Part shown: piece after piece, positions 1 to 10,486 of the stretch
Layout: the number at the start of each line of letters is the position of its first letter
How positions within the stretch are numbered: the stretch's first letter is position 1
NCBI GenBank assembly: GCA_041480425.1
Contig: JBGOZX010000006.1
Location: 178 to 64,177 of the forward strand
Source: Bacteroidia bacterium
Lineage (GTDB): Bacteria > Bacteroidota > Bacteroidia > Bacteroidales > VadinHA17
DNA: 64,000 nt
Reading direction: 5' to 3'
The notes under the pieces: model-generated
Seen by the model: the letters and a program-made list of their open reading frames with translations, nothing else
Databases searched by the model: none
Told to the model about the DNA's origin: nothing
Made by a program: the position numbers and the translations under genes

Positions 1-1010
1 TATTTTGCCTGTTCCATAATTCCCTGAACATCAACATTATTCATCATCTCCTCAAGTCTTACTCTCTGGTTTTTCATCATGTATGATTCCACGATCCTGA
101 ATCCAACCCAAACAGCAGCCCTGCCCGGAGATTCACTGGTGAAATAGTTTGTAAAAGGAGCCTCACCAACTAATTTATGTATAGTAAACTGATCAGTTTT
201 AAAAAGAAGATCATTCTCAATAAGGTATTGCCACATCTGACCTTCATTATTTCTGATGAATTTCATCTGATCCGGAGTAAAGCCGAAGATGATTTCATCA
301 GATGTCTCAGGCAGCATACATTTTTCAAAATATTTTAGTTTACCCTCATGGATCATTTCAGCCATAAGGTTATCCATAGGATATTTCATTCCTTTAAAAT
401 CCCATTCAGAGGTACCCCATCCATACATGCAATCGGGAACTATATAAGCAGTGGTCATCTTTGCTGCCATGTAACTGTATATTCCAAGTTGCGGATAATA
501 TTTGCAATCAGCTCCAAGGTACCTTTCAAGTCCTATTCCCAGGATATTTTCTCCGGTTATGATACTGTTATTGAATCCAGTGATACAGGTGTAAACAGAC
601 GGCACAGCTCTTCCCGGGAAATAATACAGGTAATGACGAAAGGCATCGTCGAGTTTCTCCTTGATATCCAAAACATCAGGATAAAGCGTCATCGTCAATG
701 TATATACCTCATTATTCTGTTTGTCGGTACAAAACCTAACAAGAAAATCACCAAAGGACGGATCATTTATGCCTCCGGTATTAATCACATAACTGAACAG
801 CTGAAGAAATCCATCATATTTCTCTTTGAGAACTGCTACATTTCCTGGTATTTCATTGGGATTCATGGAGAAAAGATCCTTTTCAAGCCTCTTTATTTCT
901 ATATTTACTTTAATCGGAGATATTCTGACTTTGTAATGATTTCTTTTACAGCAGAGCATCCCTGGAATAATCATTAAAATGAACAGGATATTAAAAAAAC
1001 GGACCCTCAT
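1..1010 (-). CDS. gldB: Gliding motility lipoprotein GldB-like, 3' end just outside the window
   Basis: Not in the ORF track. Minus-strand reading from ATG 1010 gives MRVRFFNILFILMIIPGMLCCKRN (lipoprotein-like signal). The same frame near position 1 reads EAPFTNYFTSESPGRAAVWVGFRIVESYM, matching the GldB C-terminal motif. Lies near nadE, as in other Bacteroidota. Confidence 0.8.
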   Translation of the reverse strand, partial: MRVRFFNILFILMIIPGMLCCKRNHYKVRISPIKVNIEIKRLEKDLFSMNPNEIPGNVAVLKEKYDGFLQLFSYVINTGGINDPSFGDFLVRFCTDKQNNEVYTLTMTLYPDVLDIKEKLDDAFRHYLYYFPGRAVPSVYTCITGFNNSIITGENILGIGLERYLGADCKYYPQLGIYSYMAAKMTTAYIVPDCMYGWGTSEWDFKGMKYPMDNLMAEMIHEGKLKYFEKCMLPETSDEIIFGFTPDQMKFIRNNEGQMWQYLIENDLLFKTDQFTIHKLVGEAPFTNYFTSESPGRAAVWVGFRIVESYMMKNQRVRLEEMMNNVDVQGIMEQAK

Positions 1011-1166
1011 AAAACTTTCAGTTTAAGCAGGCTAAAATAGGTACTTTTGATTTAATTGCAACAATTAAAAACGTATCAATAAGTTCTCTTATTATTTGTT
1101 ATTTTTGGGACAGGAACAAATCAGATATTTTCAGATCGGGTAAATCAGATTAAATATCCAGCTATT

Positions 1167-1862
1167 ATGATAATAATCAATATATTAAGAAATAAAAAGA
1201 AAATTCTTTTTCCATTTTTGATGATTTTACTTTCAGGCAAAATGATTATTGCCCAGAATTACAGATTAGGAATCTATGCAAGTCCGGTCATTTCATGGTT
1301 TAACACCGATATAAGTGAAGTCAGAAATGAAGGTTCCAGACCCGGATTTAATTTCACTGTAACCGCTGAAAAGTATTTAAGAGAAAATTTTGCGTTTATT
1401 GTCGGTTTTAGTATCATTAATTCAGGGGGAAGACTGAAGAGTAGTGATGTTACTCTGTTTAAGTTTCCAGGTTTTACAACGATTGTTGCTCCAGGGAATC
1501 CTATTGTTTACAAAATTCAATATCTCTCCATTCCTGTCGGGATTAAGCTTAAAACAAATGAGATAGGGTACTTCACCTATTTTGCAGACCTTGGTCTCGA
1601 TCCAAAGGCTGTTATCCGTGGAAGAGTCGATATCCCCTCAATTGATATAAAGGGGGAAAAAGCGATGACTGAGATTAATAGGTTCAACCTTGGTTACCAT
1701 ATTAACGCTGGAATAGATTTTTCTATCGAAAGGACTATATCCCTGATATTTGGTCTCGGTTTTGAAAATAATTTTCTTGATGTCACGAGAGATACCGGCG
1801 TACAGAAAAATGACAAAACGTCACAAAAGTTTATGAAATTCATTTTCGGGATTAATTTCTAA
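1167..1862 (+). CDS. Outer-membrane beta-barrel protein (porin/PorT-like family)
   Basis: Signal peptide, YLSIPVGIKLKT strand motif, alternating beta strands, C-terminal Phe (FIFGINF). Confidence 0.7.
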   Translation: MIIINILRNKKKILFPFLMILLSGKMIIAQNYRLGIYASPVISWFNTDISEVRNEGSRPGFNFTVTAEKYLRENFAFIVGFSIINSGGRLKSSDVTLFKFPGFTTIVAPGNPIVYKIQYLSIPVGIKLKTNEIGYFTYFADLGLDPKAVIRGRVDIPSIDIKGEKAMTEINRFNLGYHINAGIDFSIERTISLIFGLGFENNFLDVTRDTGVQKNDKTSQKFMKFIFGINF

Positions 1863-1873
1863 CCGGATAAACG

Positions 1874-3526
1874 ATGAAAATTTCTGTTGCACAACTTAAT
1901 TACCATATAGGGAATTTCGCCAGAAATAAAGATCTTATTTGCGGAGCAATCAATAAAGCAAAAGCAGAAGGATCTGATCTTATCGTATTTTCCGAACTTT
2001 GTATACCAGGTTATCCTCCCCTCGATCTGCTCGATCGTCTGGATTTTATCGAAAGATGCAATCAGACCGTCGGCGAAATTGCCGCACATTGTAACGGAAT
2101 AGCAGCCATTGTTGGCTCCCCTACATTCAACAGGAAACCTGAGGGTAAAAAGCTTTTTAATTCTGCTCTTCTTCTTTCAGAAGGGAAAGTTATCTTTACT
2201 GCAAATAAAGCCCTCCTCCCTACTTATGACATTTTTGATGAGTACCGGTATTTTGAACCTGAAACCAGTTTCTCTACATTTACATTTAAAGGATTAAAAA
2301 TAGCTCTGACCATTTGTGAGGATCTGTGGGATGAGCAGCCTTTCGACAATGAATTTGAAAAAACGAGGTTGTACTCCGTTTCCCCGATGGAGGAACTTGC
2401 AAAACAAAATCCTGATTTTATAATAAATATCTCTGCTTCGCCTTTTTCTTATACTAAGGTGGAAGCCAAAGAGAACATCTTCCGATCAAAAGCTCTTAAG
2501 TACCGGATTCCTGTTATATCAGTCAACCAGACAGGTGCCAATACTGAACTCATTTTTGACGGGGCTTCGGTTTTATTTACCGGTGAGGGCAAGATCTTTA
2601 GACATCTGCCCTTCTTCGAAGAGGCTGTGGAGACATTCTCTCTCGAGGAAATTCTTTCCGGGACTATCCCCTGGCAAAATCCCAGACCTGATCCAATATC
2701 ACTGATTCATAAGGCTCTCGTTTCCGGGATACATGACTATTTCGCAAAAACGAATTTCAGAAACTGTATATTAGGACTTTCAGGTGGGATTGATTCGGCT
2801 GTCTGTATTTGCCTTGCCACAGAAGCTCTGGGAAATGAAAATGTAAGTGCGTTGCTATTGCCCTCGCGCTATTCATCAGAACATTCTGTTAATGACTCTA
2901 TTGCACTGGCAAAAAAACTTGATGTGAACTACCAGATAATCAATATTGAAAAACCATTCATTGCATTTGAAGAAATCCTTGCTCCTGCTTTTAAAGGCAG
3001 GAAAAGTGATGTCACCGAGGAAAATATTCAGGCAAGGATAAGGGCGATTCTGCTAATGGCTTTTTCAAATAAGTTCGGATGTATTTTGCTGAATACATCA
3101 AATAAGAGCGAAGCTGCTGTCGGTTATGGAACTCTTTACGGCGATATGGCCGGAGGGTTATCGGTTATCGGAGATGTTTACAAGACAGATGTTTACAGAC
3201 TTGCCAACTTCATTAATCTGAATGGTGAAATAATTCCTGAAAACATTATCAGGAAAGCCCCTTCAGCCGAACTCATACCTGATCAGCTTGATACTGATTC
3301 TCTTCCTGAATATAAAATACTTGATTCAATTCTTTATCAGTACATTGAATTACAGAAGCCGGCTGACAAAATAGAATTGGAGGGCACTGATAATTCAATA
3401 ATCGCAAAAGTGCTCAGGATGATCAACTTCAATGAATATAAGAGGTATCAGGCTCCTCCTATTTTGCGGATATCTTCCAAAGCTTTCGGGGATGGAAGAA
3501 GAATGCCACTTGTTGCCAAATACTAA
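1874..3526 (+). CDS. nadE: Glutamine-dependent NAD+ synthetase
   Basis: N-terminal nitrilase domain (E..K..ICEDLW) plus synthetase motifs GLSGGIDS, NIQARIR, TSNKSE, GYGTLYGD, APSAEL. Confidence 0.97.
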   Translation: MKISVAQLNYHIGNFARNKDLICGAINKAKAEGSDLIVFSELCIPGYPPLDLLDRLDFIERCNQTVGEIAAHCNGIAAIVGSPTFNRKPEGKKLFNSALLLSEGKVIFTANKALLPTYDIFDEYRYFEPETSFSTFTFKGLKIALTICEDLWDEQPFDNEFEKTRLYSVSPMEELAKQNPDFIINISASPFSYTKVEAKENIFRSKALKYRIPVISVNQTGANTELIFDGASVLFTGEGKIFRHLPFFEEAVETFSLEEILSGTIPWQNPRPDPISLIHKALVSGIHDYFAKTNFRNCILGLSGGIDSAVCICLATEALGNENVSALLLPSRYSSEHSVNDSIALAKKLDVNYQIINIEKPFIAFEEILAPAFKGRKSDVTEENIQARIRAILLMAFSNKFGCILLNTSNKSEAAVGYGTLYGDMAGGLSVIGDVYKTDVYRLANFINLNGEIIPENIIRKAPSAELIPDQLDTDSLPEYKILDSILYQYIELQKPADKIELEGTDNSIIAKVLRMINFNEYKRYQAPPILRISSKAFGDGRRMPLVAKY

Positions 3527-3613
3527 GTAAATAATCTCACTATTTTTCTTTTGGAATTATATTAAGCTTCCCAAGGGATTCATTGGTATGTGGTCTCCTT
3601 GAAGTTTAGAAAT

Positions 3614-3658
3614 ATGTTAAATATCATCTTAAATTGTCTTATTATGTTGTTAAATTTG
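3614..3658 (+). promoter_or_regulatory. Bacteroidota sigma-A-type promoter of the DHOD-hdr-flx operon with an upstream Crp/Fnr-like palindrome
   Basis: ATGTT-AAAT-ATCAT (3614-3627), TTG (3634-3636), TAAATTTG (3651-3658, TAnnTTTG -7 box); ATG at 3680. Confidence 0.5.
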
Positions 3659-3679
3659 CACTGTTAAAAAATTAACACT

Positions 3680-4714
3680 ATGATTGATCTGTCATGTAAA
3701 TATCTGGGATTACATCTAAAAAATCCTGTAATAGTGGGCAGTTCAGGTTTAACCTCCTCAATTGGAAACCTGAAAACTATAGCTCAGATGGGGGCTGGTG
3801 CCGTTGTTCTTAAATCTATTTTTGAGGAACAGATTAAATTCGAAGCTGATAAATTTCTTCAATCCGATAATCCGGAAATGAAATCATGGCAGGAAGCATT
3901 TCAGGGTATTGTAAGCAAAACAGAGTTTTATTATGATGAAGCTTACGACTACCTCACCAGTTACGCTGAAGAGCATACTTTAAAACAGTATCTGTCATTT
4001 ATTTCTGAGGCAAAAAGGGAAATAGATATTCCTGTTATTGCCAGCATAAATTGCAGCACGCAGTATGACTGGCAATACTTTGCAAAACGCATCCAGGAGG
4101 CTGGCGCTGATGCACTCGAACTCAATGTTTATCTTTTGCCTTCTGATTTCGAAAAAAGCGGGATTGAAAATGAGAAGGTATATTTCGATATAATACAGGA
4201 AGTTAAGAAATATGTCACAATCCCTGTTTCATTGAAAATAGGTTATTATTTCTCAAGCCTGGCCCGGATAGCCCTTAAATTATCTGAAACAGGTATAGCA
4301 GGATTGACTCTTTTTAACCGACCCTATAATCCTGACATCGATATTGAAAAGCTGCAAATCAGCGCATCAAACATGTTCAGCAACGATTCCGAATACTCAC
4401 ACTCCCTGCGTTGGGTTGCACTACTGGCCGGAAAGCTTAAATGTGACATAGCAGCATCTACTGGTATACATAATCACGAAACGGTTATCAAGCAACTTCT
4501 GGCAGGAGCCGATGCTGTACACATGGTCTCGGTATTTTATAAAAATCATTTTGGTGTTCTTCCACAAATAATTAACGGTATCGAAACCTGGATGGAACAA
4601 CACAAATACAATAAAATTTCCGATTTTAAAGGGTTATTAAGCAGGAAGAATGTCCATAATCCTGCATCATACGAACGTGTACAGTTTTTACGTCTTTTTT
4701 CGAGTATTGAATAA
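3680..4714 (+). CDS. Dihydroorotate dehydrogenase-like FMN flavoprotein (non-canonical; no catalytic Cys)
   Basis: LKNPVIVGSS, GAGAVVLKS, IPVIASIN, GADALELN, PVSLK and LLAGADAV match the DHOD TIM barrel, but ELNVY replaces ELNxSCPN. Confidence 0.85.
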   Translation: MIDLSCKYLGLHLKNPVIVGSSGLTSSIGNLKTIAQMGAGAVVLKSIFEEQIKFEADKFLQSDNPEMKSWQEAFQGIVSKTEFYYDEAYDYLTSYAEEHTLKQYLSFISEAKREIDIPVIASINCSTQYDWQYFAKRIQEAGADALELNVYLLPSDFEKSGIENEKVYFDIIQEVKKYVTIPVSLKIGYYFSSLARIALKLSETGIAGLTLFNRPYNPDIDIEKLQISASNMFSNDSEYSHSLRWVALLAGKLKCDIAASTGIHNHETVIKQLLAGADAVHMVSVFYKNHFGVLPQIINGIETWMEQHKYNKISDFKGLLSRKNVHNPASYERVQFLRLFSSIE

Positions 4715-4735
4715 CATATATTTTAAAGAATAAAA

Positions 4736-5296
4736 ATGTCTCATTCCGAACATCATACTGAAAGAAATTCATTGGCGTACAGCATTGAAAAGAATGTTGA
4801 AGTAACCGCTCAGAAATGTTATCAATGCGGCAAATGTTCGGCCGGCTGTCCTGTCGCAAACGATATGGACCTGCCACCAAGCCTGGTTTTACGTTTACTG
4901 CAAACAGAATTACCTGCCAATGATGAGAAAGTTCTCAGATCTCATTCAATCTGGCTTTGTGTAACCTGCGAAATGTGCTTAAGCCGTTGCCCGATGGAAA
5001 TTGATATTCCATCGATGATGGACTTTTTAAGGCAAAAATCGCGCAGCGAAAAGAAAGTGAATCCAAAGGCAAAGAACATTATTGCTTTTCATAAATCATT
5101 CCTGCATTCCATAAGATTTACCGGACGGTTGTACGAACTCGGGCTGATACTCGATTATAAACGTCAATCCCTGAATATGACCCAGGATATTTCGCTTGCC
5201 CCCAAAATGATATCAAAAGGGAAACTGCATATTTTTCCTGAAATGATTAAAGGGACGGCTCATATCGCAAGAATATTTAAAAAAACAAGCAATTAA
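4736..5296 (+). CDS. hdrC: Heterodisulfide reductase subunit C
   Basis: CYQCGKCSAGCP and IWLCVTCEMCLSRCP (two 4Fe-4S motifs); directly precedes hdrB. Confidence 0.93.
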   Translation: MSHSEHHTERNSLAYSIEKNVEVTAQKCYQCGKCSAGCPVANDMDLPPSLVLRLLQTELPANDEKVLRSHSIWLCVTCEMCLSRCPMEIDIPSMMDFLRQKSRSEKKVNPKAKNIIAFHKSFLHSIRFTGRLYELGLILDYKRQSLNMTQDISLAPKMISKGKLHIFPEMIKGTAHIARIFKKTSN

Positions 5297-5306
5297 AGAG
5301 GTATTC

Positions 5307-6152
5307 ATGAAAACTGGCATATATCCCGGATGCTCGCTAACCGGCTCTGCACGCGACTATAATGAATCCGTTTTTGCACTGGCAGAAGCTTTTGGTTTAG
5401 AGTTTACTCAGGTCCCGGACTGGAACTGTTGCGGAGCTACTGCTGCCCATAACCTTAATAAGGAATTATCATTGGCTCTCCCGGCACGCATACTGGCTCT
5501 GGCTGAACAAAATGGCCTGGATGAAATAATAGTACCATGTGCCGCCTGTTACAGTCGCCTTCTGGTTACACAGAACGAACTAAAAAAAAATCCGGAACTG
5601 AAAAACCGGATCAACGAAATACTTGAAATGGATTACCGCGGAACATCCAGAATATTGAATGTTATAGAATGGATTGATAAATACATCATACCAAAACTGG
5701 ACGGTAAAATTGTAAAGCCTTTCAATTATAAAGTTGCCTGTTATTATGGTTGTCTGTTGGTAAGGCCGGATAAAATACTTAATTACGATCGCGCTGAAGA
5801 TCCACAAACAATGGATGTAGTGATGACCAAAATCGGAGCTTCTCCTGTTGATTATCCTTATAAAACCGAGTGTTGCGGTGCCGGATTGTCCATTTCACGT
5901 ACCGATATTGTATCAAAACTTTCAGGCAAAATTATTGAAGAGGCCGAACATCGTAGTGCTGATGCAATAATTGTTGCCTGCCCGATGTGTCATTCAAATT
6001 TAGACATGCGCCGGCAAGATATTAATAAATATTGGAAGACAGAATATAAGATCCCGGTCGTTTTTGTGACGCAGGCTATTGGTTTAGCTATCGGTTTGTC
6101 CGTCGGAAAAGTTGGATTAAAACGACATTTTGTAGAAGTTAAAATCAGTTAA
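5307..6152 (+). CDS. hdrB: Heterodisulfide reductase subunit B
   Basis: Two CCG domains: YPGC...WNCCGA...PCAAC and YYGC...ECCGAG...ACPMC. Confidence 0.95.
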   Translation: MKTGIYPGCSLTGSARDYNESVFALAEAFGLEFTQVPDWNCCGATAAHNLNKELSLALPARILALAEQNGLDEIIVPCAACYSRLLVTQNELKKNPELKNRINEILEMDYRGTSRILNVIEWIDKYIIPKLDGKIVKPFNYKVACYYGCLLVRPDKILNYDRAEDPQTMDVVMTKIGASPVDYPYKTECCGAGLSISRTDIVSKLSGKIIEEAEHRSADAIIVACPMCHSNLDMRRQDINKYWKTEYKIPVVFVTQAIGLAIGLSVGKVGLKRHFVEVKIS

Positions 6153-6171
6153 AGAGGAAATATTATTTAAG

Positions 6172-8175
6172 ATGGCAAGAATAGGTGTTTTTGTTTGTCA
6201 TTGTGGTGAAAATATCAGTGCAACTGTCGATTGTGGGAAAGTTGCAGAAACCATAGGTAAGTTAAAACATGTTACTTACAGCACCGAGTATAAATATATG
6301 TGCTCTGACCCCGGGCAGACGCTTATAAAGGAAGCTATTAAGGAGCATAACCTTACCGGTGTTGTTGTTGCGGCCTGCTCCCCGCGCATGCACGAACCCA
6401 CTTTCAGAAAAGCTTGTGCCGAAGCCGGGTTAAACCCGTTTTTATGCGAAATGGCGAATCTGCGCGAACATTGTTCATGGGTTCATGAGAAAAATGATCT
6501 TACTACTGAGAAAGCAATTGATATTGTCAGAACACAGGTAGAAAAAGTAAAACTTAATTCTGCACTTCAGCCCATCAGAGTTCCGGTTACCAAAACAGCT
6601 ATGGTAATTGGTGGTGGTATTGCAGGTATTCAATCGGCATTGGATATTGCAAATACCGGACATAAAGTTGTAATGATAGAACGTACACCATCAATTGGCG
6701 GACACATGTCGCAGCTATCCGAGACATTTCCCACCCTTGATTGTTCGCAGTGTATTCTTACACCTCGCATGGTTGAAGTGGCACAGCATCCTAATATTAC
6801 TTTGTACACCTATGCTGAGGTAGAAAGCGTAGAAGGATTCATCGGAAATTTTAAGGTTAAAGTACGGAAAAAAGCCAAAAGTCTTGATGAAAAGACCTGC
6901 ACAGGTTGTGGTTTATGTACAATCAAATGCCCGCAGAAGAAGATACCCAACGAGTTTGAGCAGGGAATGGGTATGAGGCCGGCTATTTATATTCCATTTC
7001 CACAGGCAGTGCCTAACAGACCGGTAATCGATAGAGAACATTGTACCTATTATATAAAAGGTAAATGTAAAGTATGTGAGATTGTCTGCCCTACAAAAGC
7101 AATCCGTTTCGATCAGCCCGATGAGATCCTTGAACTGGAAATCGGAGCTATTGTTGTTGCCACCGGCTTCGATATTAAACATGCCGACTTCTTTCCTGAA
7201 TACGGTTATGGTAAATACAAAGACATTATTGACGGTCTGCAGTTTGAGCGGTTAGCTTCTGCCTCAGGTCCTACTGCCGGTGCGATTCTAAGACCTTCCG
7301 ATGGACAGGTACCTGAGAATATAGTATTTATTGCCTGTGCCGGTTCCCGCGATCCGGCAAAAGGTATTGCCTATTGCTCAAAAATATGCTGTATGTACAC
7401 ATCCAAACATGCAATGCTTTATAAACATAAAGTGCATGAAGGCAGGGCATATGTTTTTTATATAGATATCAGATCCGGCGGGAAAAATTACGAAGAGTTT
7501 GTCCGTCGCGCAATTGAAGAGGACCACGTTAACTATATCCGTGGCAGGGTATCAACCATTTTTGAAAGAGACGGTAAATTAATTGTCAAAGGTGTTGACA
7601 CACTACTTGGAGCTCAACCTGTTGAAATAGTTGCTGATATGGTGGTTCTCGCCACTGCAGGGATTGCCAACTCCGGGGCGGAAAATCTGGCTCAGAAATT
7701 ACATGTGTCATATGATGCTCATAAGTTTTTCACTGAAGCACATCCTAAATTAAAACCTGTTGAGACCAATACAGCCGGAATATTCTTAGCCGGCGCTTGT
7801 CAGAATCCCAAAGACATTCCTGATTCAGTTTCCCAGGCTTCGGGTGCTGCTGTAAAAGTTGCAGCTCTGTTTTCACAAAACGAACTTACACGCGAACCAC
7901 TGGTGGCCGTTGTTAACAGGTATGCTCCACCTATGTATTCCACTTGTGTCGGATGCTTTTTGTGCCAGTCTGTTTGTCCTTATCAGGCAATTGAACGAGA
8001 GGACTTTAAGAACCGCGAAGGCAAAATAGTGAAAACCGTGGCCAGAATTAATGAAGGTCTATGTCAGGGGTGTGGTACCTGCGTTGCCCTTTGCCGCTCA
8101 AAGTCAATTGATTTATACGGATATTCGAATAATCAGGTCTACGCCGAGGTTGTGGCTTTGCTGAATGAATATTAA
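6172..8175 (+). CDS. hdrA: Heterodisulfide reductase subunit A (bifurcating FAD/Fe-S)
   Basis: IGVFVCHCGENI, AACSPRMHE, REHCSWVH, GGGIAGI, TFPTLDCSQC, YCSKICCMY, inserted and C-terminal ferredoxin motifs. Confidence 0.97.
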   Translation: MARIGVFVCHCGENISATVDCGKVAETIGKLKHVTYSTEYKYMCSDPGQTLIKEAIKEHNLTGVVVAACSPRMHEPTFRKACAEAGLNPFLCEMANLREHCSWVHEKNDLTTEKAIDIVRTQVEKVKLNSALQPIRVPVTKTAMVIGGGIAGIQSALDIANTGHKVVMIERTPSIGGHMSQLSETFPTLDCSQCILTPRMVEVAQHPNITLYTYAEVESVEGFIGNFKVKVRKKAKSLDEKTCTGCGLCTIKCPQKKIPNEFEQGMGMRPAIYIPFPQAVPNRPVIDREHCTYYIKGKCKVCEIVCPTKAIRFDQPDEILELEIGAIVVATGFDIKHADFFPEYGYGKYKDIIDGLQFERLASASGPTAGAILRPSDGQVPENIVFIACAGSRDPAKGIAYCSKICCMYTSKHAMLYKHKVHEGRAYVFYIDIRSGGKNYEEFVRRAIEEDHVNYIRGRVSTIFERDGKLIVKGVDTLLGAQPVEIVADMVVLATAGIANSGAENLAQKLHVSYDAHKFFTEAHPKLKPVETNTAGIFLAGACQNPKDIPDSVSQASGAAVKVAALFSQNELTREPLVAVVNRYAPPMYSTCVGCFLCQSVCPYQAIEREDFKNREGKIVKTVARINEGLCQGCGTCVALCRSKSIDLYGYSNNQVYAEVVALLNEY

Positions 8176-8213
8176 ACTATTTAAAAAGTCAATTTTTCTT
8201 TAAAAGAAATTAT

Positions 8214-8666
8214 ATGTCAGATTTTGAACCAAAAGTTGTCGCCTTCGTATGTAACTGGTGTACTTATGCAGGCGCCGATTTAACCGGGACCAGCCGGATT
8301 AAGTATGCGTCCAGCGTCAAAATTATCCGCTTTCCCTGCACAGGACGTATTGATTTTATGCTTTTGCTGAAGGCATTTGCCAATGGAGCTGATGGCATTA
8401 TCGTTTCTGGTTGCCATCCCAATGACTGTCACTATACATCAGGTAATTTTCATGCAAAGCGTCGCTGGATTATGTTTAAAGAACTGATGGATTTTATGGG
8501 GATAGACATGAACAGGGTAACTTTTTCATGGGTATCGGCAGCCGAAGGGGTCAAATGGGCAGATGTAGTAAACACAACTGTTACCCGGATTCGTGAACTT
8601 GGACCATACGTAACATATAAGGAACTGGTAAATAAGTCAGTTGAGGAGGAGGTGAAAAATGAATAG
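8214..8666 (+). CDS. flxD: MvhD/FlxD 2Fe-2S subunit
   Basis: FVCNWCTYAGADLTG, PCTGRID, GCHPNDCHY, WVSAAEG. Confidence 0.92.
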   Translation: MSDFEPKVVAFVCNWCTYAGADLTGTSRIKYASSVKIIRFPCTGRIDFMLLLKAFANGADGIIVSGCHPNDCHYTSGNFHAKRRWIMFKELMDFMGIDMNRVTFSWVSAAEGVKWADVVNTTVTRIRELGPYVTYKELVNKSVEEEVKNE

Positions 8667-9462
8667 TCTCATCACCAGAGCAAAAGAATTGCTTGAAAAT
8701 AAAACTGTCCAGGTTGTTATTGGCTATGAATCCGGCCCCACTGGGGTGGCACGTCCTGCTTTTATTACAGACCCATCCAAAGCCGATGCCCTTTTCTATG
8801 ATGATCGATGCGTGCAGAATCTGGCGGTTTACCTCACAAAGCCTGAGGTAAAACATCTCGGTAAAATGGCCATTATGGCTACCCTGCCTGTTATGCGGAG
8901 TATAATGATGTTAATATCGGAGCAGCAGATCTTCGCCGAAAGCATTGTCGTACTGGGTATTTCTGCCGAAGGAAAGTTACTTGATATTGCTGATATTCAG
9001 GTTATGCAGGGGTACATCGAAAAATCAGACCTGAGCAATCCTGCAAAACAGAAGGAACTTTTAGCTGAACTGAATAAGTTAAGTCCTGAGGAAAGATTCG
9101 CCTGGTGGCAGAAAGAACTTTCAAAATGTATCAAATGTTATGCCTGTCGCCAGGCATGCCCTATGTGTTATTGTACCCGTTGTAGCGTTGAGGTCAATCA
9201 GCCACAGTGGATTCCGGTTCAGGCAAATACTCATGGAAATATGGAATGGCATATACTTAGGGCAATGCACCTTGCCGGACGATGCATTAGCTGTGGTGAA
9301 TGTGGAAGGGCTTGTCCTGTTGGCATTCCCTGCCACCTTCTTACAATGCACCTGGTGGATCAGGTTCACAATTATTTCAACGTTTATGCCGGTACATCTG
9401 AAAAAATGAGTTCGGTGTTATCAACTTTTGAACCCAATGATAAAGAAAGCTTTATAATTTAA
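8659..9462 (+). CDS. flxC: FlxC-like 4Fe-4S dicluster protein (FrhB/FdhB-like)
   Basis: CIKCYACRQACPMCYCTRC and HLAGRCISCGECGRACP; position between flxD and flxB. Confidence 0.8.
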   Translation: MNSLITRAKELLENKTVQVVIGYESGPTGVARPAFITDPSKADALFYDDRCVQNLAVYLTKPEVKHLGKMAIMATLPVMRSIMMLISEQQIFAESIVVLGISAEGKLLDIADIQVMQGYIEKSDLSNPAKQKELLAELNKLSPEERFAWWQKELSKCIKCYACRQACPMCYCTRCSVEVNQPQWIPVQANTHGNMEWHILRAMHLAGRCISCGECGRACPVGIPCHLLTMHLVDQVHNYFNVYAGTSEKMSSVLSTFEPNDKESFII

Positions 9463-9463
9463 C

Positions 9464-10474
9464 ATGGAAACAACCAGGAAATTAATACGGAAGCAATCAT
9501 TAGAAAAGCTATATAATCACTTATCGGCAAACCGCAAAGTGTATGCCCCGGTCATAGCAGCTGATAAGCAGGTGGAATACAGATATAATCCCGGTTTTGA
9601 TGAAGTTACATTTGAACATATCAGGTCAACTCTTTCAGTCAAAAATGTTGTATTCCCAAAGGTTGAGAATCTGTTTTATTATTCAAACGCGAAGACCGAA
9701 AGTACTATTTCCGGTATTGATTTAAATAAAATCCCCGAAGTGGTTCTATGGGGAGCTCACCCTTGCGATAATGCAGCATTTGATATACTTCGTTCAATAT
9801 TCTGCTGGGATATTAAAGATGAATTCTTTTCAAAACGTCTTGAAAAACTGGCGGTTGTTGGTTTAAGCTGCCACCTTAGTGATGAATATTGTTTCTGCAC
9901 TTCGGTAGGCCTTGCTCCCGACTCTTCAAAAGGAAGCGATATTTTATTGTCACGATTACAAAACGGTGATTTTCAGGCAGAAATACTTACAGAAAAAGGT
10001 AACGGGATAGTCCTTGCATCACCCGGTTTGTTTGAACCGATCTCCAATGAAGAAGTTGTTGTTACCGAAGTAAACCAGAAATTTAATCACGAGCAGGTCA
10101 CGGCAAAGTTAGACGGTGCTTTTGAAAATCCGTTCTGGGTAGCAAACTCATTGCGTTGCATTGGTTGCGGAGCATGTGCTTATGTTTGTCCGACCTGTGC
10201 TTGTTTTGATATTCAGGATGAAACCAGAGGTAAGAATGGCAAACGTTACCGGAGCTGGGATTCCTGCGGTTTTGGCTTGTTCACCTTGCATACCTCAGGT
10301 CATAATCCCCGTGAGGTTCAAAGCCAGAGGTGGAGGCAAAGGATCATGCATAAATTTTCCTACATGCGCGATCGTAATGAATCATTGGGATGTGTCGGCT
10401 GTGGCCGGTGCTCAAGTGGCTGCCCGGTAGACATGAATATTGCAGAGCAATTAGAAGCATTACAAAATATTTAA
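9464..10474 (+). CDS. flxB: FlxB / AsrA-like 4Fe-4S protein
   Basis: PCD motif, CFCTSVG, CIGCGACAYVCPTCACF, WDSC, CVGCGRCSSGCP. Confidence 0.82.
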   Translation: METTRKLIRKQSLEKLYNHLSANRKVYAPVIAADKQVEYRYNPGFDEVTFEHIRSTLSVKNVVFPKVENLFYYSNAKTESTISGIDLNKIPEVVLWGAHPCDNAAFDILRSIFCWDIKDEFFSKRLEKLAVVGLSCHLSDEYCFCTSVGLAPDSSKGSDILLSRLQNGDFQAEILTEKGNGIVLASPGLFEPISNEEVVVTEVNQKFNHEQVTAKLDGAFENPFWVANSLRCIGCGACAYVCPTCACFDIQDETRGKNGKRYRSWDSCGFGLFTLHTSGHNPREVQSQRWRQRIMHKFSYMRDRNESLGCVGCGRCSSGCPVDMNIAEQLEALQNI

Positions 10475-10486
10475 TGAGTTTAAACC

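Noticed and set aside
348-977. 209-aa plus-strand ORF
   Set aside because: Antisense shadow of the minus-strand gldB gene; no recognisable motifs.
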